A stretch of DNA of 64,000 nt from Takakia lepidozioides (taxonomy: Eukaryota; Plantae; Bryophyta): assembly GCA_030704615.1 (NCBI GenBank), contig CM060733.1, forward strand, positions 10,664,001 to 10,728,000, written 5' to 3'. The translations under genes were made by a program, and so were the position numbers. Positions 48,501 to 61,450 of the stretch are shown in pieces. Below the pieces are notes generated by a model. It did no database searches and was not told where the DNA came from. It saw only the letters and a list, made by a program, of their open reading frames with translations. Every line of letters starts with the position of its first letter. Position 1 is the first letter of the stretch.

Positions 48501-51500
48501 TTCCCCATAGGGTCGAATGCGCTCCAGCAGGCGCTCCACCAACTTCTGCTCCCTTTCTTTCTGAATCTCCTGCAACACTTACACAAGACAAGCTGTTGGC
48601 CACAGGTTGAGATAGCCAAAGAACAATAGTTCACGGGAACAATAACCCCATCTTTACAGACCATTCATACAACTACTTTGATCACACAATAACGAAAATT
48701 TTGATGTACAGCATGTATGCAGGCATCACCGCAAAGGAGACTCCCAGAAAGTTCTACTTTTTAGTGTGTCTGCCTGTGCCACCAACACACAAATTTTCCA
48801 CATGCTGAAAGTGAGAAAAACCTCCCAGATATCCAAGCTGGAACTGTTGCATTAAACTTCCATTGCAATCACACAATAATGGAAATTTTCACTGTACAGG
48901 ATATGCCTTGCATTGAGCCATTGGAGAATCCCAGAAAGCCTTAACCCCTTCTTTTGACTCTATGACATTTCTTCTAAATAGAGATATATCCAAGCTGGAA
49001 ACTGTTACCTTAAACTTTCCCTGTGCTTGCTTCATATCAATTGGTTGCCCTTCGGCTGCAGTGTCCATTCCCGCCATCGAAGCCATTGCCAGCTGGCATC
49101 CATGCAATAAAAACCAACAACCGAATTGTATGGTTCACTTAGAAAGTGGTCCATAGACCGCACTACCAATCAAAAAGGTCACATGCAAAGATCAACTTGT
49201 GAGTATGCTTTCCACAAACAAGTATCACCCATGGCTGCCATAATATTAAGGCCTACCTGGCCCACATAGTCTTCGAAGGCATCACTGCCAAATAGCATTC
49301 CAAATACTGCAGCTGGGTCTAGCATGGTGTCCCTGCACACTCCATCGTTTCTACACCATCAGTGCACCTCTTCCCAGCCCTAGCATCAAGCATTCTTCTC
49401 AAGGCACACAGATGTGAGCAGACTTTAATCCATGGGCTCAATGGTATCTGGTTGGTGCTTCAGCGGTTGACACAATAATTGGAGTGACAAATGAGGTTTT
49501 GCTAGCGTCTGAACTGCTCATGAAAGTCCTCTTTCAACTTCATCAAATACACTGCAATTTACCCGACAACACATATGTTTGGCCTTCAGTGCCAGCAGTG
49601 TGGACGCTGCCATGAGGATGTACATTGAACATGTAATTGCTACCCAGAAAACAGAATTGTACGCCCACAACGTTTTCATGCCTTGTAACAAGCCTCTTAT
49701 GAGGCTCCACGCATAAACAAATCTGTAGAGTGACTACACTAAAGAATGTACTCATAAGACGTTGTTTGGCGTAGACTTGTGGCCATTGACCCCGCGCTCA
49801 GTTTGAACAGAACACAAAGGGACAGAAACTACCTTTGTCAGGGGCTCACGCCGGTAGTATGACTTACCTTGGAACAGACAATTAATCCGAGTTTTCCAGA
49901 TATCCTCTAGAAATCCCTTCACGCAAGCATCAATCTGCCGTGTGTGGTTTGCCCAATAAGTAGGCCCAAAAGGGCCTGGGCTACTGGCTCAGCCTCGAGA
50001 CTTTCAAAGTTGGTAAACAGAGGTTCAGGCACAATTCCCTTAATGGATTTGAAGAGGGCGTCTCTCTCGTGAGAGTACCCAGGACAATGAATCAGAAAGT
50101 GAATATTGTCTTCAGGTTGCCCACACAACGGGCAATTGCAATCCCGCTTTCCTCTCTGCATCTGTTTGCTGTTCAAAGGTAGGGTTCCCACCCTGAGTTT
50201 AAATTTCAGTCTAGTGCCAAGGGTGGATAAACCCTTGAGGTCATCCATGATGGCCTCTCCCAATCACAGACTGGAGACAAGTTCAGGGAAGTTTTCTGCC
50301 TAACTTCATTTTCATCAGACAATATCCTGGCAACAGACATGGCTTTGGACACTACAGCCTCTAAGTCAGATTTATCCAGCAGGGTCAAGACTTGCGGGCT
50401 TAGATTCAGATCCTTGAGAATCTCTTCTACTCTCTTCCCGAAAATGGCCACTAGGCTACGGCAAACAACGTCTTATGAGTATATTCTCTTCCCGAAACTT
50501 GACTACACTAAAGAGTGAGTAAGGCAGGCAGAAGGCATACGTTGAGACACCCTGCTTGCCAAACTTGTCATAGGCCTCCTTTTGGTGTGGGTCACTGAGA
50601 ACCTGATATGCCTCTCCCAACACCTGCAACCCCCTCTTCCTTAAAAATCCCTTTGCAACAAGTCAGAGGAAAACATCACATTTGCATCTAGCTGGCCACA
50701 GCTACCCTACAACTTCCTTTCGAACAACATCACACTCTGCCAACTCCAGCTACAAACACATTCTCAAGTTCATCTGTTCAATTGTTCCCAAGTTGGCAGA
50801 TCAGGCCACTATTGTGGCGTGCCAGGCACATCACACCTCAGTCCTGCACTAGGGCACTGCAGCAATTGCTTCATTGACAACATTTCACTTATTTACTGTC
50901 TCCATTGTGCTACTCCGAAGAGTGGATGAAACAGAACAAAGAGTATGGCAAGACAGGAGAGTGAGCTTGCCTGGAAGTTACTTGCTGCTTCTGGATCATT
51001 TGGATTTTTGTCCGGGTGCACCTGTCTTGCCTACAATTCATCCAGAATCCAATGTTATTGTCGGGATGGCATCCATAAACCTACTTCTGCTATCTCTCAA
51101 CATGCCCTTTTCTATCGGCATGTTAGGTGACTTGTTTGAACCACGACTCTGCCAGACATTTGCCAAATTTTCTTGGTTCTATACCCTGGGATTAAGTCAC
51201 ATGTCAGTTTCAGGGACAAAAGTCCAGAGGCATGTTTATCTCCAGATATCAAATCTTTTTCTTCCAGCTGTGGCCCTGCTTCCAAGCAAGTTATAATTAG
51301 ATGTCATTGCAACAGATGCTTTGATGGAAATCTTTCTAAACACCACCTCAGATGACAAACTTACCACTGTAAAAGCAAGCCTACTTTCTTGATTCTCCTC
51401 CTCTCCCTGCCCTCTTTCTCTTCCATTGAGACTGGGGATTGGACTCAAGGCCAAGGGTAGGGCAACTCTCTCTCCATCGTGGACCAAAAAAATCTTCTTT

Positions 51501-52108
51501 GTTTTCTTAATTTTCCGCTCTCTGGACAACATGCAGATCCATTCTCACTCTCTGCTCCAAATAAGCTTGTTTTTCAAGAGTGAAACACAGTAGCGATTAA
51601 GGGCATAAGAACTGTGGCCACTGCGAGATGTGAAACAACCACCTCTCAGGTGAATCTGTACCAATGAGTGTATCCCTGGTGCCAATCTCTTTGCGCTGGG
51701 CAAATTGCATAGTTCTTTCCTCTTTCCCGTAACCAATGTACAGGGCTGGGGACATATCCAAAATGACGCACTGTGAGCTTGCTGTGGTGCGGAGCCTCCC
51801 ATCGAGCTCTCACCATCAACGAACTCAATGGGTGCACTAGTAGACCCAGCTAGTAAATATGAAGAAAGTCGCAGACGTAGCGCATGTCCTCAGCCTGTCG
51901 CTGACCTCCCTTTGCGCAATTACTTCAACAAGCCAAAACACATAATGCAAAAAGTGGCACACGGCTCTAGTCTTTCCGAATCCGAGACGAGGAGACAAAC
52001 TGAGGGGGAAGAAAAATGCACCTTCAAATAGTAAGCTTTTTTGATGTCGGCTGGGCTGGCATCCGGCCGCACCCCCAGAACCTCATAGTACTCTGTCTCT
52101 TTGACCAT
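45599..52108 (-). CDS. ATJ10: DnaJ/Hsp40 chaperone with DnaJ-X domain (chaperone protein dnaJ 10-like), at least 10 exons; 3' end uncertain
   Basis: Exons 52108-52022, 51030-50971 (HPD motif, GC donor), 50623-50541, 49332-49257, 49092-49009, 48569-48440, 48170-48012, 47590-47412, 46163-46083 and 45808-45599 (or spliced at 45653 to a further exon). Reads [13 protein letters not shown]...HPDKNP...[14 protein letters not shown]...[14 protein letters not shown]...[13 protein letters not shown]. Confidence 0.92.
46369..47341 (-). mobile_element. 5'-truncated, internally deleted LINE plus a second mini 3' end at the same site, in DnaJ intron 8
   Basis: Target duplication ACA(T/C)AAGTCAA(A)GA at 46354, 46396 and 47342. 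RT tail motifs VNVSKCGVV and SYTYLG in ORF 47065-47352. Shared family 3' terminus. Confidence 0.85.
49746..50499 (-). mobile_element. 5'-truncated LINE (RTE/RTEX-like C-terminus with CCHC finger) in DnaJ intron 3
   Basis: 15-bp TSD TGACTACACTAAAGA (49731-49745, 50500-50514). Encodes [11 protein letters not shown]...[20 protein letters not shown]. Nested opposite-strand 41-bp 3' end at 50444-50484 with 13-bp TSD TCTCTTCCCGAAA. Confidence 0.88.
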
Positions 52109-53599
52109 GTCCCGCAAATTCTCTCTCCCTCCAGGCTCTCTCAATCGACCTCCAATGTCAGATTTTTCGAGAGCACAGAAAACTTTGTAATGTTCTCATG
52201 AACGCTCCAGTTGCATCCCAATCCTGCCTCGTCTCGTCAAGTCAGGGCAGATTGCAGCATGCGTGACCTGCAAGCCCGATCATCCTCGCTCGTTCGAAAT
52301 TCAACACAGAACCACGCAGGAAAGCACCACATCAACAGGAAGGTGGGGGTGGGGGCAGCGAGCTCGGCAGAGACCAAGCCTCCGTCGCTGGAAGGACAGA
52401 TTTCATCCATGAACCATGTCTCTAAGTGAATGTTTTGTCATCCATGGAACGGTTATCTGCACCAACGCAGATGACAAAGGCTGACGAAGATACCATCATC
52501 CACAGATTCTGTTGACGATTGGATGACTATCGATGAATGTCTTCTCTGTCGGGCGGGCATCTGTTTTTCGGGATTTTTGTTTTTTCCCTCTACGGCCTAT
52601 TATGGTCACCAGTTTTTCGTATGTGGCTTTGTGATCTGGGGTTCAATCTTTTGGCAACCGTGTACGCAAAACACACATTCTCTTTCACTTTCATTCAGGT
52701 ACCATGTAACTGACCCTAATAGCGCTGGTGTATCCTGTGACTTGTATCTATGTTTGCAAACATATTATCTCTATTAACCTGAGCCCTATTATGTAACCAT
52801 GGATTGTGCCTCACTCGGTTTTTTCTCCGTACTCATGCCGTCTCTGCTCTCACAATACACCCTCCACACCTTTTTAATGGATAGTCGGCCAAACCTCCAG
52901 AGAACTTGAAAGTCCTCGGGCACCCACACATTAAATAATTTGTTGACTGAAGACTAGTGTTGGGTATGTCACGGTGACAACTGGACATGTTGGGCAGTTA
53001 TTTTATTCTTTCATGACCTCTGGCCGGTTTTTTCATATTTTTCTAATGGAAAGAACCACCTGTCCCAGTAAATTGTAAGAACCTTAAGAACCGACAGATT
53101 TCATCAAATAACCAGCGGATCTTTGGCAGATCTGTGACTGTTGCCAGGCTGGCTATTTCAAAACTCCGCAACCAGGCGGGTATGAGCCTTTGCGGCTCTT
53201 GGCTTTTAGGAGAACCACGATTATATATGCATATAACCTCTTGATAACCTCCGGGGGTTTGTTATTGAATCAAAGGACGAGACCTAGGGACCCTACTTGT
53301 TAATACGAAATACATTAAAAGCCTGGGGCCAAACTTATGCAAGCGGAGTGGGGTATGGCTCCTCTTTGTGAATAGCAAAAACTACTTTCATCCATAACAA
53401 GGCGTGAGATACACGGAGGCCCTGCCATTGCTTTATTGATATGAAGTTTTAGGGAATTATGTTACGGCTAATAATAATGTATCTTACGACGATGGGTCTC
53501 TCTCTACAAGAGAGCCAATAAAGAAATGAGTGTAACATGTGCCCAACTGGGAGCTAAAAACTTTCATGTTCCCATAAAGTCTCATGGGGAAAGAGAGGA

Positions 53600-54160
53600 C
53601 TCCGGCCGAAGCCGGCGTAACTAACTAAGAGCCACTTCACCTTTCGGCTACTGCCCCCTTTCGGGGGTGGGCCCTATACATATATATATAAATATAACTA
53701 AAGAGAGAGTGTCATGAGGGACACTAGGTGGTGGGGGGAGTGGGGGGGGGTTGGGTTTGGGGGGCATATGGGCCCGAGGCGCTTTAGAAGAACCAGACTC
53801 GAGTTGGCATTTGTTGGTGATGATAGTTGTGAGGGAACGGAGTGCTGTGAGGTGGGGAAGGCACAGCAGGGGCTTAACGATTTTTGACACTGATGTGTAG
53901 TCTCATCTTTAGATTAAGGAGGAGCCAATAAATAAATAAGAACCTCTTCCCCAAGCGGGTGATGGGAGGGCTCTATGGAAAAAAAGACTGACCGACCTAC
54001 AGAGTGACCAGCTGGCCACTGGCCACTTTCAATCTTGCGTTTGTTGAGGATGAGAGTAGTAACTCTTGTAAGAGCTGTAGGGTGTGGAGAAGTTTAGTGG
54101 TAGCGGTATCTTTTAGGACATCAATATTGTGGCTACAATCAACCCTCTTTAAATGCTATG
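53600..54160 (-). mobile_element. Possible tandem 3' ends of a non-LTR retrotransposon
   Basis: Two similar C-terminal peptides, PHPTALTRVTTLILNKRKIESG (about 54087-54022) and PHLTALRSLTTIITNKCQLESG (about 53857-53792), followed by a Pro-rich tail, (TA)n and hairpins. Confidence 0.4.
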
Positions 54161-54742
54161 CATAAAGAGTATAGAAAACAAAACATGTATACATACATAA
54201 CAACTAACCATAAAAGAGGATATCACAATGGCTAGAGGTGAATTACATGGAAGATAACATTAATTTTTCATTTGTTGTGTTTCTGGGTTTGTCCCTCTCC
54301 TATTATGGCGTGTTTGCTTAATGGCCCTTGAGGTCTATTTTTTCCCCCTTTAATAGAATTTCTGACCTTCTATCTTTATTAATTTTCAAGAAATCCATTT
54401 GTCGACAATTAGATGTCCTTGTAGCACAACTCTTTTTCAATTGGCTAACATTTGGAAAACAATAGATGCGTAAATTGAGGTTGCTAGATAGTATGTAGAC
54501 CGGCTTTAATTTATATCATACGCTTGAGGGCTTGAGGGCACTAATAGTTGAGATGAAAGAGACCACATCTATTTTGGCACCTCTTTTTAACCAACTACTA
54601 GGAGGTGCATAGTGACATAATAAGTAAAGCAACACCATAGAGAGTAGGATTATCCTAACCCTTAACATATAACACTCTTTCACTCATTTTTAGTGTAAAA
54701 TTCTGGAGAGTACGTAACAATAAAAGAGATAGGTAACCTTTA

Positions 54743-56260
54743 GAGCATCTCATGCAATGCAAACCATCAAAAAGCCCCTGCAAATGCCGCTTGGGGGGGG
54801 CCAATTTCCTAGATAATGGAGGAGTAGAAAAGAACCTCTGCCGTGCAAACATAGTGTCTCGCTATCTTGGCCTTGTTGGCAAGTTTGGGGCCCATCTCGC
54901 TACGCTGACAATAGGGCATGACCACGTCTTCTTCGTCTTCGTAGGTGCTCTCCTCATTTTAGAATGGATCTAGCTTGGTGGAGGCAGCAAATAGAGGCCC
55001 AAATGCAAACGACCTAAGAGGATGACGTTGAGGGAGGATGCAATTCTCAAAATTCTCATATATAAGTTGCAACAAAACATAGAAGACAATGAGCCAACAA
55101 GAGGGAAACATGGAGGCTCAATGGAAGGCCTTTCTGCAAATGTGATGCGCAATCGAACTCAAGGGCATGCGTGCATCTATGTTGACTATTTTGCAGATAA
55201 TCCTACATTCTATGATGTGCATTTTAAGCGACGTCTTAGAATACGCCGTGCTTTATTTTTAAGAATCATGAATGCAGTATGTGAGCATGATAGTTTTTTT
55301 GTTCAAAAGATGGATGCTTCAGGATTGTTTGGCTTATCTTGTATTTAAAAATGCACAGCTGCACTTCCCATGCTTGCATATGGAGTTGCAGCTGATGCAA
55401 CAGATGAATATTATAGGATAGGTGAATCCACTGCAATGGAAAGCATGAAGCGTTTTGTCAGAGCAGTAAGAGAGGTCTTTGAGTCCACCTATTTGAGATA
55501 GCCTACAAAGGCTGACATTGAGAAGCAGATGCAGATTAATCCAATAGGGGCTTTCCAGGAATGTTTGCTTCCATAGACTGTATGCACTAGCAATGGAAGA
55601 ATTGCCCAGTTGCATGGCAGGGGCATTTCCAACACAATGGTAAGAAGCGGTCAATAATTTGGAAGCGATTGCTGATCAGTCATTTTGGATATGGCATGCC
55701 TTCTTTGCTTCTTTGGCTTGCCGGGGGGGGGGGGGGAGACAAGTGCTTGATAGATCATCATTCCTGAACAATTTGCTTTGGGGTGAAGCACATTATCTAA
55801 CATTTGTTGTCAAAGGCCATGAATACAACCGTTATTATTTGTTGGCAGACGGATATATCCTCCGTGGAATTGCTTCACCTAGACTATCTATAGGCCACAA
55901 GACGAGATGCGATCACATTATGTAGCTTGTCAAGAGGCTTTCCGTAAGGATGTTGAGCGATGCTTTTGAGTGCTTCAAGTACGTTGAGTGATAGTATAAA
56001 ATCCTTCAAGGCACTAACAGATTGCAACTATCCAAGATATACTCATGGCTTGTGTCATTATGCATAATATCATGGTGATAGAAGATGAACAAGGTGTAGA
56101 GCTTGAGAATCTGTTTGAGCTACATCAAGGGGTTTAGCCACAAAGAGGGCTGACCTTTGAGCAATTGATACAAGGCACAATAAAATTAGAAGATCATCAC
56201 ACTCACTTATCATTGAGATCAGACCTTGTGATCCACTTGTGGGCATTGAAAAGAGCTGGT
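54743..56260 (+). pseudogene. PIF/Harbinger DDE transposase pseudogene with a candidate left TIR
   Basis: DYFADNP...F.RR.RI.R.LF, KCTAAL.MLAYG..AD..DEY.RIGESTA, FPGMFASIDCMH.QWKNCPVAWQG, LEAIADQSFWIWHAFF, YYLLADG. Many stops. TTA-GAGCATCTC at 54740-54751 resembles a PIF/Tourist terminus. Confidence 0.88.
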
Positions 56261-56479
56261 GCTCTTCGAGTAATAAAGATTACAGACATTCATCGTACAT
56301 TTGAATTTATAAGTTTTGTGGAGGTCGGTCTCACAGACTCTTATAATTTTGATTTCTCTTCATGTACATGCTTGAAAGGTGCAGCTGGAGCCTTAGATCA
56401 TGACGAGATAACCCCTATGTGGGCAGCTAATGAGAACAAAATGCTCTATGTGTTTTCATTGTCATTTTTATCCTATTTC

Positions 56480-56832
56480 GACCCTGCCTTGAATCTTTGC
56501 TATTTTCTTTCTCCAAACTCAATGCCCAAAGGTGCTTGATAGTTCTTTGGAAAGATAGCTTCACCATTCAGCTCTGGTCTTAAATTTCACATAATTCGAT
56601 GCACATGCCACAAAGTTATGGGCAAAACTCTGAGGCACACCAGTTGCCAATGCAATTTTTAGCGCAATTTGACCCCGCCTTGAATCTTTTCGATTTTCTT
56701 CCTCCAAACTCAATGCCCATAGGTTCTTGATGAATCTTGGGAAAGACAGCTTCATCATTCAGTTGTGGTTTCAAATTTCATTCAATCCGATGCACATGTC
56801 ACACAGTTATGAGCAAAACTCTGGGGCACATC
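56480..56832. repeat. Tandem duplication with a period of about 191 bp
   Basis: GACCC(T/C)GCCTTGAATCTTT...CAAAACTCTG(A/G)GGCACA occurs at about 56481 and about 56672. Confidence 0.85.
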
Positions 56833-58299
56833 AATTTTTGCAAATTGAACTAATTACAAAATAGTTCATTAAACTTCTAGACTATAGTCACTACATTCCA
56901 CAAGGCTGCAACATACAACAGAGTCTTTTGTCAAAACTTAAGGCCATTTGATTGGACATGTTGCCAAAATCCAAAAGCATAGAAGCAGCCTAATTTAAAC
57001 TGCTAGTACTTGCAAACTGCAACTATCAAAAATTTGTGGTGTTCCCTGTAGAGAAAGATAGAGGCCGGCTGGTTCCATCCATTGCTTGGTTACCCAATGT
57101 AATCTCTTCATTATCAATATGCATTGGAAAATTGATCTATAGGATTCAGTCGAAGAAGGGTAGGAGCTCATGATCCGTTGTCACCTGAGATGGTGTCATT
57201 GACAACAGGAGCAAGTGTCGTGGTTGGAGCTCTCTCTGCTTCATTCCCCGCTTCCTCAGGTACTGCAACAAATGTCGGAGCAAGTGGTGGTGCTAGATTG
57301 ATCGCCTCTGCAGCCTCCAATCTCCGCCTCAACTTCCCAAGCTCCTCCCGACTTCTCAAGCACAAATACTCACTACAAATGTGGTTGTAGGACTAGTATT
57401 TGGCGATGTTTGGCCGCCTACAATCTCCGCCTCATCTTTATCCAGATCGATGATCACGCTGATGTTTGCCTTGTGCTTCATGTTGCTTTTGTTAGGCGTC
57501 GATTTTCTCACGTCTTCCTGCACATCAGCCCACCTTCGAAAATCGCAGTAGCCATGCTGGTTGGGTTGCAAATACGTGTAGCTAAGAAAAGGATCCAAAC
57601 ATGATACCGACGGGCTAGATATGGAGCCCTCTATCTCGGCGAAATATGGCGGGGAAAATACAATTTTGTGCGGCCCCGCCACAAATTATTAGGCACTGTT
57701 GCACCGTTGGGGTTTAAAAGCCATTCCAACTTGCGACCGGACAAAATGAACTTGCACTCTGATTGGTTAAAAACCGAATTTTGTCCACTACACGCTTTCA
57801 AACTTGGCTCTGAAGATGAGTTTCTCCAACGTGCCGAGTCATCGCTCTAATTTCGCCACCTCAGCGGACAAAACAAAGCAAATTTGGGGCTAGGGTAGTA
57901 GCAGGCCCCAAATCTTCTCCACTGGACAAAACCTAACGAAGCCTGTCGGCGGTTCTCTTCGCGCCTCTTTCTCTCAATTTTCACATAGCTCTTTCAACCT
58001 CTGATCACGACCGTCAAATCTCCAGTAAGCAACTCGAGCATGTCACTTCGTTAGCATCGTTTGCACAAATATGCAGCTCATTTGGAAGACCATCTGCACT
58101 ACACAATGCAACTACCAGATCCAAACTTCCTACATTCAGGAGGCCAGAAAGCGTTGGTAGGCCAAAAAACCGTTGTACCAACATGTGACAATGAAGCAGG
58201 TACTGAATTGCCGTCAAGTGATCCTGTTATTTTTACCAAAAAAAAAACAATGGTTACTCCAAAGAAATCCGCTTGGATGACCATCAAGGCAAAAGACAA

Positions 58300-59168
58300 G
58301 ACAAAATGAAATTGCACTTCAAACGATAACAAAGATTACGAATAAGATGATGATGACGGTACAAAGCGCGGCCCAAATTGGAAGGACCATTAGATGATAA
58401 ACCTCATACCTCTGCATGGAGAGATGCATGACAATTTTGCAGGAATGAAAAAACAACGTTTGTGTATGTCTTCAATACTCATATTGTCTCTCACTAGTTG
58501 AATCACCAATGTTGTATTATATTTAACTCTCTCAACAATGCAATCTGTATTGTCTCTCACTATTTGAATCACCAATGTTGTACTATATTTAACTATGTCG
58601 ACAATGCAATCTGAGAGTACAATTGTATGTCTAATATTCTATTGTGGTTGTTGGTTTCAAATGTTGATAATTGGGCTCTACTCCATGTAAAATTGGTTGC
58701 AGCCTGCCCCGATTTTGAACGTAGCAGTGATACATGAAGGAAGAAGTGGAAGAAGATATATGAGGACTACAAGGCTGATTTCACTGCCAACGGAATTAGT
58801 GGGAATGAAAAAAATCCGCAAAATGTAAGTGATACATGCTTGTTGACAATTGTTCAATGCATGAAAGAGCAAATGTTTTCAACCATCATCATGGTAGTGC
58901 TACAGATGCTGACCCCAATGGTGGGAATGTTATAGAAGAACCAAGAGGGTTTAGGTGTTGACATTGATGCAACACCAAAACCAAGTCTTACAACTCCACA
59001 GACCTAACTGGGCGAAAAGGAGAAAAACAAACAACACAAGCAGCAATCAAGGAGCTTTCTCAACAATCAAAATTACTCCTTGACAATATGAAAGAAACCG
59101 AGAATGAAAACTTAGCATTACTCCAGCAAATGCTCGGGACAATGTCTGAACTTGTGAAGAAATTCTAG
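58300..59168 (+). pseudogene. Degenerate Myb/SANT (trihelix-like) DNA-binding gene, probable Harbinger companion ORF
   Basis: KRGPNWKDH.MINLI (about 58363), then after an intron RSSDT*RKKWKKIYEDYK (about 58720), and a C-terminal amphipathic helix ...LALLQQMLGTMSELVKKF*. Confidence 0.55.
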
Positions 59169-59954
59169 AGGGCAGCAAAGGTGTGAGCAGAACCGTGAGC
59201 AGCTTCTTTTATGCGTGAGTAGATTCCCCGAAGCGTGAGCAGATTACTGATGCGGACCCTAGAACCGAGGGAACAAGTGGGCCTATTGCCGTGGACGCAA
59301 ACTCCACTACAACGACGCAATTTCCTCTCTATCGGACCAGATACAGACAGGCTCCATGACGACAATGTGGCACGAATGTGCGATGAAAAATTTACAGATG
59401 AATGTATTTGGGATGGACGTAAAAGAGTATGGATGAACGTTGGATGAGTGGGATTGAACCATGGATGACTGCAACAACATCTATCTCTACTAAGGTTCCA
59501 CTCATAGAACTGGAACAAGCTGAGCAGATAGCGTCACAGGCTGCTAATGTTGTGGCTGAGGCATTCCCTGCAGCAGTTGGTGTGCCAAAGCGGAAAGCTC
59601 GTAAGAGAAAAGAGGTGGAAGCTGTTGGAGTGGTTGGTCCACTGTCTTTAGTGTCTGCACTTGATAGCTCCACTCAGGCTTCGGGACAACTGATCATTTC
59701 CCTCAACCACCAGCTGGTCCAGGTGTTAAGTCGGGAGAGCATCCTTTCAAGGCAGTGTCATTTCAATCTTGCAACCTGGGCCCCTATCACATGAAGATTG
59801 TTCCAACACATTTTATTGACATGGTCGTGGCCTCCTCCATTGAGCAGCATCTTGCCCTTGTGGAGCTTCTTGGGTTTTTCAAAAACGTAAGATCTCATTG
59901 GTTGTTCATAATGATGTGGTTTGATTTCTCCTCTTTGTGTCTTGTTGTATTCAG

Positions 59955-61450
59955 TGTCGTGCACCTAAGCATCGTGCCACAACATACATCGCTGTCCACC
60001 ACACAATTTAAGCACACAATCCTAGAAAGTTATATCACAATAGTGATAAGGAAAGTGAACATAATGGAATCCCACCACTCATGAACCACTCAATTACATA
60101 AACTAAGTTAAACCAAGGGCGCCCTTGCTAAGGGAATCCACCCAACAAAGCCCTCACCACACTCCCTCTCAATACCTAGAGCTATGGAGGTGAGAGAGGC
60201 TCATGGAGGCTCAACTACAAGAAGATGAGCCTCCTCCATCCTCACAAGGGGAAAACCTATCCCCATGTCCCAAGTGAGGCTCAACACCTCACTTGGCATG
60301 TGAGACCAAATGAAGTCCCATCCTGGCACCATCTCCTCTTCGTCTCACCATGCCAACGAGCTCCTGTATCATCAAGCTCACTTGTGCATGGATTGCGACT
60401 CAATCCATCCGCATCCCGGTTGACTATTCCGGCTCGATGCACTACCTAGAAGTCGTACTCTTGAAGCAGAAGTGCCCACCGTGCAAGCTTCTCTATCAGC
60501 TTGTCTGACTCCATCAACCATTTCAATGGTTGGTGATCCGTGACAAGGGTGAAGAGATTGCCATAGAGGTAGCATCTAAAATGTGCCACTGCCCATACTA
60601 CAGCTAGACAATCCCCTTCATAATATCTATATTTCGCCTCAGCGTCATTGTTCGAGCGGCTAGCATATGCCACTACGAACTCTCTTCCCTCATCATCCAC
60701 CTGTGTGAGCACTGCTCCAATCCCCAGCATACTCCAATCCGTATGTAGCTGGAAAGGCCGCCCCCGAATAGAGTGCCTCAAAATAGGTGCAGCAGTCAAT
60801 CGAGCCTTGAGTTCCTCAAAGGCTTCCTCCCGCTCCTCCTCCCACTGCCACTTATGACCCACCTTGGTCAACTTGGTAAGAGCCTTCGCAATGCTGCTAA
60901 ATCCCTTAACAAACCGACAATAGTAGTTTGCCGACCCCATGAAAGCACGAACTCTGCTTACATCTATGGGGCGTGGAATGCGTGCAATGGCCTCCACCTT
61001 TGTCTGTTGAACACCCAATCCTCCAGGGTATATCATATGACCCAGATACTCAATCTTATCATGGAAGAACTTGCATTTTCCAGGGTGCAGTTTCAATCCA
61101 TGCGCCCTTAAGCGCTCAAACACCACCTGAAGTTATCTCTCATGCTCCTCAACCGTGACATTAAAGATGATGATGTCAACAATGTAGCACCGGACGAAGT
61201 CTAGCCCTGCAAGAATCTTATCCATGACCCTCTGAACTCCCCTACATGGGAACTCCCTTAAGTCCCACATAGCTCTCATCCAATCCCTGGGCATGACCCT
61301 CGATCTCATCCATACTAGTACCCTGTAGTGCACTCATCCCCTCTGTGTGGGCCATGTTCTTCATGAGGGATTATCAACCATGCTCCTTGGCGTAGTTGTA
61401 CTCTACTTGAGATGGCTTTCTCTTGAACGCGTGTTGCTACACATGCCACA
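59955..61450 (-). mobile_element. Deleted relative of the outer Gypsy family: LTR-like part, RT/RNase H fragment, LTR-like part
   Basis: 61240-60325 is highly similar to 17533-18380 (ORF 60446-61126, VFERLRAHGLKLHPGKCKFF...LHTDWSMLGIG...). 60292-60090 matches 3861-4050. No TSD found. Confidence 0.8.

Noticed and set aside
58482-58613. Tandem duplication of about 67 bp
   Set aside because: Simple local duplication in an intron of a dead TE gene. No functional signal.
59235-59794. Coding-like ORFs with a basic KRKARKRK patch
   Set aside because: No recognisable family. Likely a TE remnant, but it cannot be supported.
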